This document shows positions 17,822-28,859 of a DNA stretch of 64,000 bases, piece by piece (the first letter of the stretch is position 1; every line of letters begins with the position of its first letter). The DNA is taken from the IMG/VR virus record IMGVR_UViG_3300045988_139196. The stretch is one strand, 5' to 3'. The position numbers and the translations under genes were made by a program. The notes below the pieces were generated by a model. It made no database searches, was not told the DNA's origin, and saw only the letters and a program-made list of their open reading frames with translations. Source of the stretch: a virus.

Positions 17822-20053
17822 CTACGAAAACTGTACATTATTGTATAATAAACTTAACCAAGTGTTTCTTTGCGAAGCTTGTATTTTCAAACACCTTTGA
17901 AAAGCACTAGGCTCGGCAATCAACGCACATTTGGTTTTAGCTCTGGTAATCGCAGTATAAAGCATACAGCGGTCAAGCAGTTTGTAATGGGTATTGTCGA
18001 TCAGTACAATAACATTCTTAAAACCGCTACCTTGCGTTAAATGGCAAGTCAGACAGTAAGCCAACTCAATACTACTTAAATCATTTTGCAGGAAATCAAT
18101 TTCCTTGTCGGCAAATTTAATTGTAACAATATTCTGCTTCTTGCCGTCTTTAATTGTCTGTTCAATTTTTGTAATATAACCCATTTCTCCATTGAAAACA
18201 TTTCTATCATAGTCATTCGTTCTTTGAATAACTTTCGACCCAAGACGAAATGTCTTATTACCATACCTGATCTCAAGTGCAGTATCAGGTGGAATTATCA
18301 TATCTTGCAAGATAGAGTTGATTTCAAAAGAGCTATTTATCCTGTCCTTTTTACAAGGTGTCAAAATAATCGTTTCATCATAGCCGTCTTTCTTAGCTGC
18401 CATTGTATACAATTTAATAGCCAATTCACGCATACCTTCACGGCTTTCTCTGAACATATAGGTCATGTCTTGTAGCTCGCCAGTAACAACTTTTAGTTTT
18501 GGTTCAGGCAATGGGTTTTCTCCATTTCTAATTTTAACTGAGTCCGAAATAATACCTGACTTTTGAGCCTGTCTTAAAATCTTAGTCAGTTTACAACAAG
18601 TAAACACATTGCAATTAAGCAAATCATGAAAGATATTGCCACAGCCTATTGGCGGTAACTGACCGTCATCACCTACAATAATTACTTTTGCACCCTCTTT
18701 TATAGCAGAAACCAAGCTATAAAATAATGACGAATTAACCATTGAAGCTTCATCAAGTACGATAATATCGCTAGGCAATCTGTTGTCAGAGTTATAAACA
18801 AAACCTGTCTTGTTAAAACCAAGCAACCTATGAATTGTACTTGCGAATAAACCTGTTGCCTCGGTTATTCTAATCGCAGCTTTAGCAGACAAAGCACAAG
18901 CTGATATAGAATAGCTTTTATATATCTTTGTGAGTCCTCTTAAAATCGAGCTTTTACCTGTTCCTGCTCTACCTGTTATAAGCACTACAGGGCTGTTGCA
19001 AGCCTTATATATCTCTTGTTTTTGTTCGTCTGTATAGTAAAAACCTTGTTCTCTTTCTGCTTCTGAAATACCCTTTTCAATGTTAATCTTATAGTCTGTT
19101 TCTTGTTCATTGAGATTTTTTAGAATATTCAAAATAGATATTTCAGTTTTATATTGGCGTAATAGCCCTACCTTATTTTCTTCAAAATGTAGAAATATCT
19201 CATGTTGCTTTTGTGTGGATTTAAAGTTCTCGTACATTTCATAACAATCGTTTATATTATCTCTTACCGCATTATCCAATACTGACTCTAGCACATATGA
19301 ATGACCGTCATTATTTCCAGCACACTCAAGATAATACTTGATAAATGCCACAACTCTTTTGGTTGATATTCTGATATTTGGATTTAACTTTAATGCTAAA
19401 TCGTCCACTCTTTTAAAGCCTAAGCCATGAATTTCTGTCATAATATAAGGGTTATCAAGTAACTTTTCCTTCAATAATTGAGGGTTAGGTTCATTGGAAA
19501 TTAACTTACTTATCATGGCATACGTTACACCCAACGGCTGAAGCATAATAAGAATATCTGAAATAACATAGTTATTCAATATATTATCCTTTATCCTATT
19601 CCAACTCTTTTCGCCTATACCCTTGATTTTTGCGTAATCAATTTCTCTGTTATGAATAACATCATCAATTACATTTGGGTAGACAGCTAAGATGTTTTTT
19701 GCTTGCAGTTCTGTGACCTGAGTTTTCAAATATGCTATTTGTTGTTCTTCTGTCTTAGGCACATTTGCAGTAATAGAAATTGGTGTATACTGATACGAAT
19801 TATATTTGCTATTAAAGGAGCAAGTGACTTCGGCATTGTACTCGACACCGATTGTCAAGCGTTGCATTTTACCTGCCAATGTACTACCTTTTAACAGCCT
19901 TGGCTTGTCGCCAAAGGGATCGTCATAACAATCATAAAAATATGGAATGTCATCAGAAGTTGTTATAAAAGTATATACTCCCCAATTACTATTTTCATTA
20001 TAAAATCGCTCCTGTTGAGGAACGATTTTAAATTTATAGATTTTTTCTGCCAT
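17822..20053 (-). CDS. RecD-like SF1 DNA helicase
   Basis: GRAGTGKSS (Walker A), VLDEASMV, GDDGQLPPIG and a C-terminal LYTAITRAK. Start MAEKIYKF at 20053 follows AGGAAG. Confidence 0.8.
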   Translation of the reverse strand: MAEKIYKFKIVPQQERFYNENSNWGVYTFITTSDDIPYFYDCYDDPFGDKPRLLKGSTLAGKMQRLTIGVEYNAEVTCSFNSKYNSYQYTPISITANVPKTEEQQIAYLKTQVTELQAKNILAVYPNVIDDVIHNREIDYAKIKGIGEKSWNRIKDNILNNYVISDILIMLQPLGVTYAMISKLISNEPNPQLLKEKLLDNPYIMTEIHGLGFKRVDDLALKLNPNIRISTKRVVAFIKYYLECAGNNDGHSYVLESVLDNAVRDNINDCYEMYENFKSTQKQHEIFLHFEENKVGLLRQYKTEISILNILKNLNEQETDYKINIEKGISEAEREQGFYYTDEQKQEIYKACNSPVVLITGRAGTGKSSILRGLTKIYKSYSISACALSAKAAIRITEATGLFASTIHRLLGFNKTGFVYNSDNRLPSDIIVLDEASMVNSSLFYSLVSAIKEGAKVIIVGDDGQLPPIGCGNIFHDLLNCNVFTCCKLTKILRQAQKSGIISDSVKIRNGENPLPEPKLKVVTGELQDMTYMFRESREGMRELAIKLYTMAAKKDGYDETIILTPCKKDRINSSFEINSILQDMIIPPDTALEIRYGNKTFRLGSKVIQRTNDYDRNVFNGEMGYITKIEQTIKDGKKQNIVTIKFADKEIDFLQNDLSSIELAYCLTCHLTQGSGFKNVIVLIDNTHYKLLDRCMLYTAITRAKTKCALIAEPSAFQRCLKIQASQRNTWLSLLYNNVQFS

Positions 20054-22106
20054 GTCTTTTCTTCCTTTCTGAAAGCCACTCAGTATATGGTCGCATATCC
20101 TGTATTGTAACCTTATCTTCGTCTGTTTTTCTGCACTTAATAGCAACCTGAGAGCCTTTCTTAACCAAATCTTCATACTGTACAAGTTGACTATTCCAAA
20201 GAACACCCTCTATAATACCGAAAGTAGAGTAAATGTTCACAAAAGCAAATGGTTTTTTATTTCTGTCCTTTTTCTTTTGTACTCTGGAAATAACACCTAC
20301 AATAACGCAATCATTATCATTCTCAACGGCTTCAAATGCTGTTGTTAGATAGGGGAGTGCTTCTTCAAATGGATTATTGTGTATAAATATCTGTAATGCT
20401 TCAAACTCCCAAAAATCAGCGTTTTCAAGATATTTGTTATTGGTTGAAAGAAATTGTTTCAACCTATCTTCTTGCTGTAAATCAAACTTTTCTTTCTTTT
20501 TCTGATTTGCAAGAGTGAGTAACAAATCTTTGTCATAGTCATACTTGCCGTTACCGATACGATATTTTTCAATATCAATATCATAGTCAATAATAAGCTT
20601 GTTATATGTTGGCAACTTAGACAATTCTTTATACTCTAATGGTTTATACAATGACTTCAAATATTTTAACAAACAACTCTTTTTATCTTTCGTAGGTATT
20701 GCACCTGACTTCATTAAGTTAATAATTTGAGTTTTTGCCAGTGTTGTTCTTGACAGCAAGTCTTGAAGGTTTTTATACTTGCCGTTCTTCTCACGATCAG
20801 CAACAATCTCTTGGGCTATTCGTTCACCAATGCCTGTAATCGCAGAAAAACCAAACAGCACATTGTTATCGTAAATAGAAAAATCGACTTGCGATTTATT
20901 AATATGAGGTGGTAAAACAGTTACTCCAAACTGTTTAGAGTCTACAATGTATTTATTCACCATACCTGCCTTATCTTTGTTCAAATTAAATAGTGCTTTG
21001 AAAAAATAAACAGGATAATTTATTTTTAGATAAGCAGTTTGAAAGCATAGAACAGCGTAGCTATAACTATGCGATTTGTTGAACAGATAGCCACCTTTAG
21101 TTTTCAATTCTTCACTAATCGTTTTGGCAATTTCATGAGAATATCCATTGTCAATAATTTCTTGGTACAGTTTTTCTGACTCTTGCTTAACAAGTTCAAT
21201 ATTCTTTTTGCCTATCGCCTTGCGGAATAAGTCAGCTCCACCGTAGCTTCTGCCACCAAAAGTTCTTACAATATCCAAAAGTTGTTCCTGGTAGATTATG
21301 CAGCCGTAAGTGCTTTCCAAAATAGGCTTCATGTCGGGGTGTATATAGGTGACAAGTGAGGGGTCATGTTTACATTTAATAAACTCCTCCAAAGCTCCCA
21401 TTGAATCAGGTCTATACAATGCTAAAACAGCCGACAAATCTTCCATATTAGTTGCTTGTAGTCTGAGTAGTAAGTCTTTCATACCTGCACTTTCCACCTG
21501 AAACACACCATTCGTCAATGCTTTGTTTAACAGTTCAAATGGACTTCTATCATTTTCAAATTTGGGGTTGTTGATATTTATATCATATTCAGATAAGTGC
21601 AAGTCATTTTGAATTTCCTGTACCATTTTTAAGGTCTGAACACCAAGAATATCAAACTTAATAATGCCTATTTGTTCGACAAGCCTTTTATCAACTTGAA
21701 TGACGTGTTCTCCGTCAGAGCCTAGTTTCATTGCCATATAGTCGCTAATGTCAGTATCAACAATACCGACACCGCCTGCATGACAGCTAACTGTTTTAAC
21801 CCTACCACTTAATTTGCCTGCTATATCCAACAACTCACTGTATTCAGGGTGTTCGGATAAGTAGTTTATGTTGTTGTCAATACACTCTTGAAATGTATTG
21901 TACGAAAACTTTTTGGATAGTTTATCCCTTTCACCGTATTTAAAACCTAGTATCTTGCCAACATCTTTTATGGCAACAACAGGTGTTATATACGAGAAGT
22001 TTATAATTTGACAAACACGATTTTCACCATATTTGTCAATGAGATAATTTATTACTGTAGGTCTGTCTGAAACATCAATATCCAACTTTACTACCTTACA
22101 TTTCTG
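20034..22106 (-). CDS. dnaE: DNA polymerase III alpha-like, exon 2 (palm/fingers to C-terminus)
   Basis: KLDIDV, CHAGGVGI, FDILGVQTL, YRPDSMG, IYQEQ and FNKSHSYSYA motifs. The 5' boundary is approximate. Confidence 0.8.
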   Translation of the reverse strand, partial: QKCKVVKLDIDVSDRPTVINYLIDKYGENRVCQIINFSYITPVVAIKDVGKILGFKYGERDKLSKKFSYNTFQECIDNNINYLSEHPEYSELLDIAGKLSGRVKTVSCHAGGVGIVDTDISDYMAMKLGSDGEHVIQVDKRLVEQIGIIKFDILGVQTLKMVQEIQNDLHLSEYDININNPKFENDRSPFELLNKALTNGVFQVESAGMKDLLLRLQATNMEDLSAVLALYRPDSMGALEEFIKCKHDPSLVTYIHPDMKPILESTYGCIIYQEQLLDIVRTFGGRSYGGADLFRKAIGKKNIELVKQESEKLYQEIIDNGYSHEIAKTISEELKTKGGYLFNKSHSYSYAVLCFQTAYLKINYPVYFFKALFNLNKDKAGMVNKYIVDSKQFGVTVLPPHINKSQVDFSIYDNNVLFGFSAITGIGERIAQEIVADREKNGKYKNLQDLLSRTTLAKTQIINLMKSGAIPTKDKKSCLLKYLKSLYKPLEYKELSKLPTYNKLIIDYDIDIEKYRIGNGKYDYDKDLLLTLANQKKKEKFDLQQEDRLKQFLSTNNKYLENADFWEFEALQIFIHNNPFEEALPYLTTAFEAVENDNDCVIVGVISRVQKKKDRNKKPFAFVNIYSTFGIIEGVLWNSQLVQYEDLVKKGSQVAIKCRKTDEDKVTIQDMRPYTEWLSERKKRHGRKNL

Positions 22107-22854
22107 CAAGGAATAGACTATATCTTCACCATGCGTATTATAGTTTTAACAATACGTTTAGGTGTGTGGCACTTCGAGTCAAGAATTTCACTTAACCCTA
22201 CGCTCCTTTGAGCTAGTCGTTTGACGTTTTATATTTATGATTTAATAAGTGCTATACTTTTTATTAAATCATAAAATGTAACTTCGCACAGGATTGTCAT
22301 ATCGTCAGACAGAACGACTTAGACATTCCCTGTTAGCTAATTAACACACCGCCATTTCCTGCGGTTACAATTATAATAATTGTTTAATTAACACCCTATA
22401 TTTTATAGGTTCACCACACTTAACACATATGGTTTCCCATATGCTCGACCGAAAATCAATCTGGCATTGAAACTCTCTCAGGATTGAGGAACAATTTGTT
22501 ATTAACCATAGGCTCTTTATCCTATGCTCTGGAGGTTTCCCTCATTTTCATCTGTTGGTTACTTCCAACCCAGTTTAGACTATATTTTTCAAACTTCATT
22601 CATTTATTTAAAGTTTTTATTCCGTCTTCGTGGGAAATTATTGGCTCTAAAGTCTCATTTCCTAGTCGTTACACACTTTCTTTTATCACTAAAAGATTTG
22701 GCTCGGTATTCCCTTTATCTCACCTAGTTATAGGTTTAGGGTTTCTTAGTCAGCTTATTCGTCTATGGTCTTGTCTCATTATCGGTTTGCTCTCAATGAG
22801 AAGTCTTAGTTTGCTGATACCGAATTAACGGAATTTAACGAGTGCAACCTATCT
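22107..22854 (-). mobile_element. ORF-less group I-like intron in dnaE
   Basis: About 740 nt with no minus-strand ORF split dnaE inside the FER(F)LNPER region. It shares TTCGCACAGGATT, CCCTGTTAGC, CATTTCCT and an ACCCTA-loop-TAGGTT hairpin with nrdD intron 1. Boundaries are approximate. Confidence 0.6.
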
Positions 22855-24009
22855 ACGCTCAAAAATCAATCCATATTTAATAGGGTTAAGATCAGTTATA
22901 CCTATTGTATAACACACAAGGCTTCCTGCTCCAGAGCCACGTCCTGAACCTATTTTAACCCCATGAGTTTTCGAATAATTAATAAAGTCCCATACAATAA
23001 TGAAATAACCGTCAAAATTCATTTGATGAATAATGTTCATTTCATAGTCTAGTCGGTCTTTCATTATCTTCTGATCTTCTTTAGAAAGCTTGTCAAAATT
23101 TCTAGTTTTCCACCCCTCATTAATAAGGTGTAAAAGAAATTCATTATTAGACTTATATCCACTTGGTAAGGGGTATGTCGGTAACTGTGGGTCTTGAAAA
23201 GGCATATGTACTTCTTCTATCATATCAGCTAAAGCATTAGTCTGATTTAAACCTTTTGTAACATTATTTACCCCAATTTGTTTATCCATAGTTGTATGAA
23301 TTTCTTCTTCACTTTGCAGATAACAGCCCTCATAACTTTCTGACATTGTTTCAGTGTCATGTGCTATCTGAACGTGCCTACCCTGATAATATAAATCTTC
23401 CTTTGTGGCTGCGTGGCTATCTGTAGTAATTATGTATGGAGTGTTTGTTACCTCAGATAGTTTCAAAATCTTTTTATTGTAATTAGCCTGCTCCTCTGAT
23501 TTGTGAGATTGCATTTCCAAATAGAAATTAGGAAATGCCGATTTGTATTCTTCGATATACTTAACACAAATATTAAAATCACTTTCTTTAGCTAATTTTG
23601 AAGCCAAACAAGCAGAACAAATAATTAAATCTTCTGCATATGGAGTAATATCTGAAATCTGCACTCTAGGCTTAAAATAAAAATTTTCAAGATTTGACTT
23701 AGTGATAATTTTATTTAAAGCCTTTCTACCATTCTCATTTTTTGCAAGGGCAATAAGATGAAAATACTTGTTGTTTTTATCTTTTATAGCAGTATCGAAG
23801 CACTCGTACAGCTCTACGCCATATATCAACTTAATATCAGGATATTCTTTAGATAGCTGATCGAAATATATCCATGAATATTGGTTGCCATGTTCCGTAA
23901 CTGCGTATGCTTTAATACCGACTTTTCGGCATTGTTCAAGCATTTCTTTTGGTGTGCCATAGCCGTCCAACAATGAGTACATTGTATGGTCATGCAAAGA
24001 ACTGTACAT
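22855..24009 (-). CDS. dnaE: DNA polymerase III alpha-like, exon 1 (PHP domain)
   Basis: Begins MYSSLHDHTMYSLLDG (PHP) and ends ..GSGRGSGAGSLVCYTIGITDLNPIKYGLIFER. Confidence 0.85.
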
Positions 24010-25709
24010 TACCTTTCAACCTCCTCATATTTCAAAATAACTATTTGTGGGGTAATTACCCCCTTATATTCAGAAACATTTAATTGACATAGAGCATTAA
24101 TACACATTTCATCATCATATCCATTCAAAAAGTCTAATACTTTATCGTCACTAGGGTTGCAGAACTTGATAATTGCGATATTGTCATCGGTAATGAATTT
24201 CCATGTATCTTCATTTTTACCCATGACAACGCCTTGGCTATGCTCCAATACTATATTATTAATGACAAATAAAGGCTCTTTAATTCCTGTGCCGTAACAA
24301 TTCTCCAATGATGCAACATCAGAAATCATTCCAATATTAAATTCGTCATAATCAAAACAAAAATCTATTGGCAAAGGATTGTCTGAATCAATATTCTTAT
24401 TTAAAACTTTAATTGCTTCAGCCACGTTCTCAGCTTTTATCTCAAAACCGAAAGCATTTGCGTGACCTTGACACCAATTAAACAGACCTGTTTTAAGCAG
24501 ATCAGCCTTTAGGTCTAGTACATAGCTATTATCAAAGTTTCTAGCAGACCCTCTATATACATTATTTTCTTCGTCTTTGCGGAGTATCAAACAAGGTTTT
24601 TTCGCATAACTAGCCATTTTCATGGCTATTAATCCAGAAAATACACTTGGAATATTGTTGCCCTTTAAGAATAAAACTGTATTTTTGTCATTAGTTACGC
24701 TTTTCCTTAACGTAGGAAGTAACTTTTTCACTTGATTATCCTGTCTTGATTTAGCGTTTTTACAGAGTCTTACAACTCTTTGATAAATATTTTCTTTTGT
24801 AGTTTCACTTTCGCCACGTTTTTTATATTCAAATTCTTCGTCCTGCTCAATAAACGCTCTGAAAAGTAAGTCCTTTTCTTCCATATCACCGACTCTACAC
24901 ATGGCATTTATCAGGGAAGTAATGCAAAATGCAATAGTATGAGGATTAACCTTGCCTTTCATGGAATAATTTTGAGCATTAATAAATTCTTCAAAGCATT
25001 TATTTGTGACGTTATAAAGACCTTTATCAATTAGTCTTTTTGTTTCAAAAGAACGTAAATCCATGATATCCGATATATTAGCTAGTGCCACAAGGTCAAG
25101 GTAGTCATCGGCATAGTCGTTCCAATAATAATCATCAAGCGATTGTAGAAATTTATAGACTACTCCCGCACCGCACAATTCTTTATTAGAGTATTCTGAA
25201 CTACACTGATTGTTCACTATAACCGCATATGGGTTTGTTCTTTCAATATCATGGTGATCGAGAACAAGTATATCAATACCTTGTTCTGTCAACTGTTTGC
25301 ATTGTTCAGTATCATTGCTCCCTGCATCGGGAACAATCAACAATTTTGTGCTTTCAGGTATTTCTATCTCAGAAGAAATACCATGTTGCTTTCCAGAATG
25401 TATCAGATATGTAATATCAATTTCTTTGTTAAACCTTTTCAAATAAGAATACATCATAGCAGCACTGCACTGACCGTCAACATCGCAATCAACAATAATC
25501 GCCATTTTACTATTGCTTTTAATGTGTTTGTCAAGCATTTTAACAGCTTCATTAATGTTATCAAGATTATCGTAAGGGATTAGTACATCATCGGTTAAAT
25601 GAGTGTATTCACTAACGTTAGTTATTCCTCTATTAGTAAAAATAGATATTGGAATATGGTAATAATCATTATTGCCTATTATTTTATAATTCATGTTTTG
25701 TTGTTTCAC
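24009..25709 (-). CDS. DHH-family RecJ-like ssDNA exonuclease
   Basis: IVDCDVDGQCS (DHH motif I), PDAGSND and LDHHD motifs. Confidence 0.7.
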   Translation of the reverse strand: MKQQNMNYKIIGNNDYYHIPISIFTNRGITNVSEYTHLTDDVLIPYDNLDNINEAVKMLDKHIKSNSKMAIIVDCDVDGQCSAAMMYSYLKRFNKEIDITYLIHSGKQHGISSEIEIPESTKLLIVPDAGSNDTEQCKQLTEQGIDILVLDHHDIERTNPYAVIVNNQCSSEYSNKELCGAGVVYKFLQSLDDYYWNDYADDYLDLVALANISDIMDLRSFETKRLIDKGLYNVTNKCFEEFINAQNYSMKGKVNPHTIAFCITSLINAMCRVGDMEEKDLLFRAFIEQDEEFEYKKRGESETTKENIYQRVVRLCKNAKSRQDNQVKKLLPTLRKSVTNDKNTVLFLKGNNIPSVFSGLIAMKMASYAKKPCLILRKDEENNVYRGSARNFDNSYVLDLKADLLKTGLFNWCQGHANAFGFEIKAENVAEAIKVLNKNIDSDNPLPIDFCFDYDEFNIGMISDVASLENCYGTGIKEPLFVINNIVLEHSQGVVMGKNEDTWKFITDDNIAIIKFCNPSDDKVLDFLNGYDDEMCINALCQLNVSEYKGVITPQIVILKYEEVER

Positions 25710-26755
25710 TTCCCATTCTTTATAACTTGCGTGTATTTGGCAATCAACTGTTTAAACTTATCAGGATTATCTGTTGGACTTTCTTTTTCTTCTAGTAAAT
25801 TATCAGTGTCAACAATAGCACTTATCTGAATACAATCCAAAAATTTATCGGCTATATCGTTTAGTTCGTCTAAAGTTACGTCCTTGTCAAAACAAAATAT
25901 AATGTGAGAACTTAACCTTATCAGCATATTTATTTGATATTGGCTTATTTTTTTTCCACAAGTTGCTACACAATTCTTTATTCCCATGTTCCAAAGTTGC
26001 ATAACACCTTTTTCAGCTTCAACCACATAAACGTAGCCTGTCCGAGCTATATATTTTTCGGATAAATAAAGTCCATATAATAGTCTAGCTCTGTTACAAC
26101 GCTCCAAATATATATACTTAACTCTTTGCTCTTCTTCTGTCATTTCTTCTTGCTTTAAAAATAACCTACCCTTAACACCGACTAATGTTCCCATTTCATC
26201 TCTTACAGGAATTGTAATTCGATTGGAAACATCGTCATAACCTATTTCAAACAGCATTTGAGTATCATATGAGATATTATCTTTCAAAAAATAATCATTA
26301 ACGGCAGGGAAGTAGTATGATAGAACATTTTCCTTAATCGGCTTTAAAGGTTGCATTTCTTCGTAATTAGACTCATCATCTGCCATTTCAGAAATAAATT
26401 TCGTGAATTTTAGACTTTCAGGCAAATCGTCATACTCGTCTTTGTAATAGTCGATATTGCACCAACTACAAACTTTACGAATAGCTTCGTAAAACGTACA
26501 GTTACAAAAAAACTGCACAAGGTCAAAAATATCTATCTTATCCGAGCCTGTATTATTGTGTATTTCTCGTGTGTAGTCAACAGTTGAAAGACCTTCATTG
26601 AGATAAACAGTGATCGCCCCTTGATTATCTCCATCAGGATTGCCACACTGAACATAACCTGCTTTACAAGAAATATGGTGACAACCTATTTCGTCAAGTA
26701 TGACAGGAACATAATTGTTCTCTAGTATCGTTTCTTTGAGGACAGAGATATCCAT
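25706..26755 (-). CDS. DNA primase (zinc finger plus TOPRIM)
   Basis: CHHISCK..CGNPDGDN, then VVEAEKGVMQLW and CFDKD (TOPRIM acidic motifs). Confidence 0.7.
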   Translation of the reverse strand: MDISVLKETILENNYVPVILDEIGCHHISCKAGYVQCGNPDGDNQGAITVYLNEGLSTVDYTREIHNNTGSDKIDIFDLVQFFCNCTFYEAIRKVCSWCNIDYYKDEYDDLPESLKFTKFISEMADDESNYEEMQPLKPIKENVLSYYFPAVNDYFLKDNISYDTQMLFEIGYDDVSNRITIPVRDEMGTLVGVKGRLFLKQEEMTEEEQRVKYIYLERCNRARLLYGLYLSEKYIARTGYVYVVEAEKGVMQLWNMGIKNCVATCGKKISQYQINMLIRLSSHIIFCFDKDVTLDELNDIADKFLDCIQISAIVDTDNLLEEKESPTDNPDKFKQLIAKYTQVIKNGK

Positions 26756-26762
26756 TTTATCC

Positions 26763-28295
26763 TCACTTTCTTCTTAATTCTCCGACTTCATACCAAGTGT
26801 TCAAATCTAGGTCAACTTCAAATACAACTTTCTTTTTACAACCAAATCTGTTTTTGTCTACATTACCTACATAATACCTCTTACCAACTTTAAGTTCACA
26901 TTCAACATCTTTGCCCCATTCAGCATCATGCTGAACATAACGATATTTATGAAAATCGCCAACAGATATTTCTTTAAACAGTGTCATAGTCCATATAATA
27001 TGCTTTAACTGTTTTGCGTTAGCAATATTATTAGAATTTAATTCATCGGGTTTACAAAACTCCGTATCGTCTGTGAGCTGAATTGAAAGATACCCAAACA
27101 TATTTAACTGTTTTGCCAAGTCAGTGAGTTTTGTTACTGTTGCTTTTAAAGCTGCCCAATCCCCTGTGGCTTGCGTGTCTTGCTTGCAGGTATCGTAAAA
27201 GAAGTATTTTGCACCATGAGTTAAGTTCGCTTTTCGTATTTCAAACTCCAATGTCTTATCATCATAACCGCCAGCCATATCTTTAACGAGAATTAGCTCA
27301 TTAGTTTCAGCCTCAATCCATTCAGCAATTTTCATTATTTTGTTATATTCCTCTGAATTTTCAGCGACCCTTTGAATGTACTCTTGCAAAGTTTCTGTTG
27401 ACTCTCCCCAATCGTCTGTTTTCTGATATATGTATTCACCTGATTTATCCTTGTATAGACCAAGTGTTAATTCCTTTTCAGGCTTCTTTAATTTGATGCC
27501 GTGTAACTTTTGAAACTCAACATTGTTTATACACGTTGTAATTAAACACTTTCTGAGATCGTCCACACCCATTTCATTAAGCATAACAAAGACTCTTTCA
27601 TGTTTGACAAGTGTTAAATATGCAATGATTTTTGTCATAAATCGTGATTTTCCTGCGTTAGAAAGCATACCAATAGCCATTGTCGAGCCTAGTTTGCAAC
27701 CTCTAAATATGTCATTTAGAATAGGAAAGGGAAGTGACACACCCAAATCAGGCTTCTCCATACACGCAATAAGCGATTGCTTAATATGACTATTCAGAAT
27801 TTCGGCTTCTTGATTTGTCAAGATCACCGTATGTATTCTATCTGCTTTACCTCTAATTAATCTATAGATGTCTGAAGCCGTAAATTGTTCAAACTTTTTA
27901 TGTTGTACAATTTTTGTAATATCAAAGCCATTCCTTTGATATTCTCTCAACAAAGAATACTTTTTAATGATTTCCTGATACTTACCAATATCATCAGTTA
28001 TAGCAATTTTCATCCAACTGTCAAGAGTTTTCCAACCACCATATTTTTTGTACAAAGAAAGTCTTTCAGGCTCTTCTGAAAAATAAGTTAAAATAGTAGT
28101 TTTATTGAATGTTTGTGTCCTAGTTTTGTAGATTATTTCAGCCGAATCGTAAAAAAAACGAGTGACTTCATCTGAAAAATCGTATTTACTACGGATATAT
28201 TGTCCGTAATTTACAAGTAAATCAGGCTGTTTGTAAATGCAACCCACAAATAGAACTTCGGTAGGAACGTTTGTTATAATATCCATGTTTGTCAC
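26763..28295 (-). CDS. DnaB-like replicative helicase
   Basis: P-loop GMLSNAGKSRFM and a RecA-like C-terminal domain. Lies next to the primase. Confidence 0.65.
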   Translation of the reverse strand: MTNMDIITNVPTEVLFVGCIYKQPDLLVNYGQYIRSKYDFSDEVTRFFYDSAEIIYKTRTQTFNKTTILTYFSEEPERLSLYKKYGGWKTLDSWMKIAITDDIGKYQEIIKKYSLLREYQRNGFDITKIVQHKKFEQFTASDIYRLIRGKADRIHTVILTNQEAEILNSHIKQSLIACMEKPDLGVSLPFPILNDIFRGCKLGSTMAIGMLSNAGKSRFMTKIIAYLTLVKHERVFVMLNEMGVDDLRKCLITTCINNVEFQKLHGIKLKKPEKELTLGLYKDKSGEYIYQKTDDWGESTETLQEYIQRVAENSEEYNKIMKIAEWIEAETNELILVKDMAGGYDDKTLEFEIRKANLTHGAKYFFYDTCKQDTQATGDWAALKATVTKLTDLAKQLNMFGYLSIQLTDDTEFCKPDELNSNNIANAKQLKHIIWTMTLFKEISVGDFHKYRYVQHDAEWGKDVECELKVGKRYYVGNVDKNRFGCKKKVVFEVDLDLNTWYEVGELRRK

Positions 28296-28299
28296 CTAC

Positions 28300-28803
28300 C
28301 TAAATTTCATCAATAATGCTGTCAATATCAAGGCTATCATTATTGTTATCACGTTCTTTGGGAAATTTTGATGTTGCAATTTTTTCATAATCTATATTAA
28401 CTTGTTCTTCGCTTGTACCTGTTTTAGCCAATGCCTGTTCTTCTTTCCATTTCAAATAACCGTCATATTTAGACAATATAATAGCAAGGTCATATGTAAT
28501 TAACGCTGCACCTTCGATTTTTTTACCTTTACGAGTATTAAACTCATGTATCTTGCGGAGAAATGACATTTTCTTTCGCCACATATCCCATAAATCTTCG
28601 ACAGGAACAGGTTTATTCAAATTCTTATAAGTGCCTTTATACACCTTATCAAGATTTACAAAAAAATATTTTGGCAAGAATGAAATATCATATTGTTTAT
28701 ATAGCCAATCTGTAAATTGTATTCTTGTTTTTTTGTCCTGTTTGTCTTTCTCTATCTGTTCTTTTGTTCTTCTTTTTGCCAAGTATTTCACCGCCTTAAT
28801 CAA
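28300..28803 (-). CDS. hypothetical replication-module protein
   Basis: ORF only; sits between the ATPase and helicase genes. Confidence 0.5.
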   Translation of the reverse strand: MIKAVKYLAKRRTKEQIEKDKQDKKTRIQFTDWLYKQYDISFLPKYFFVNLDKVYKGTYKNLNKPVPVEDLWDMWRKKMSFLRKIHEFNTRKGKKIEGAALITYDLAIILSKYDGYLKWKEEQALAKTGTSEEQVNIDYEKIATSKFPKERDNNNDSLDIDSIIDEI

Positions 28804-28859
28804 AATAACTAAATAAAGGCAAGTGAGGGAATAACCCTCACTGCTTCATTTATAAAAAA

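Noticed and set aside
22484-22828. Plus-strand ORFs of 114 and 67 aa inside the dnaE intervening sequence
   Set aside because: They lie on the wrong strand for an intron ORF, have no SD, and translate to low-complexity Leu/Ser/Phe-rich sequence. The intron is treated as ORF-less.
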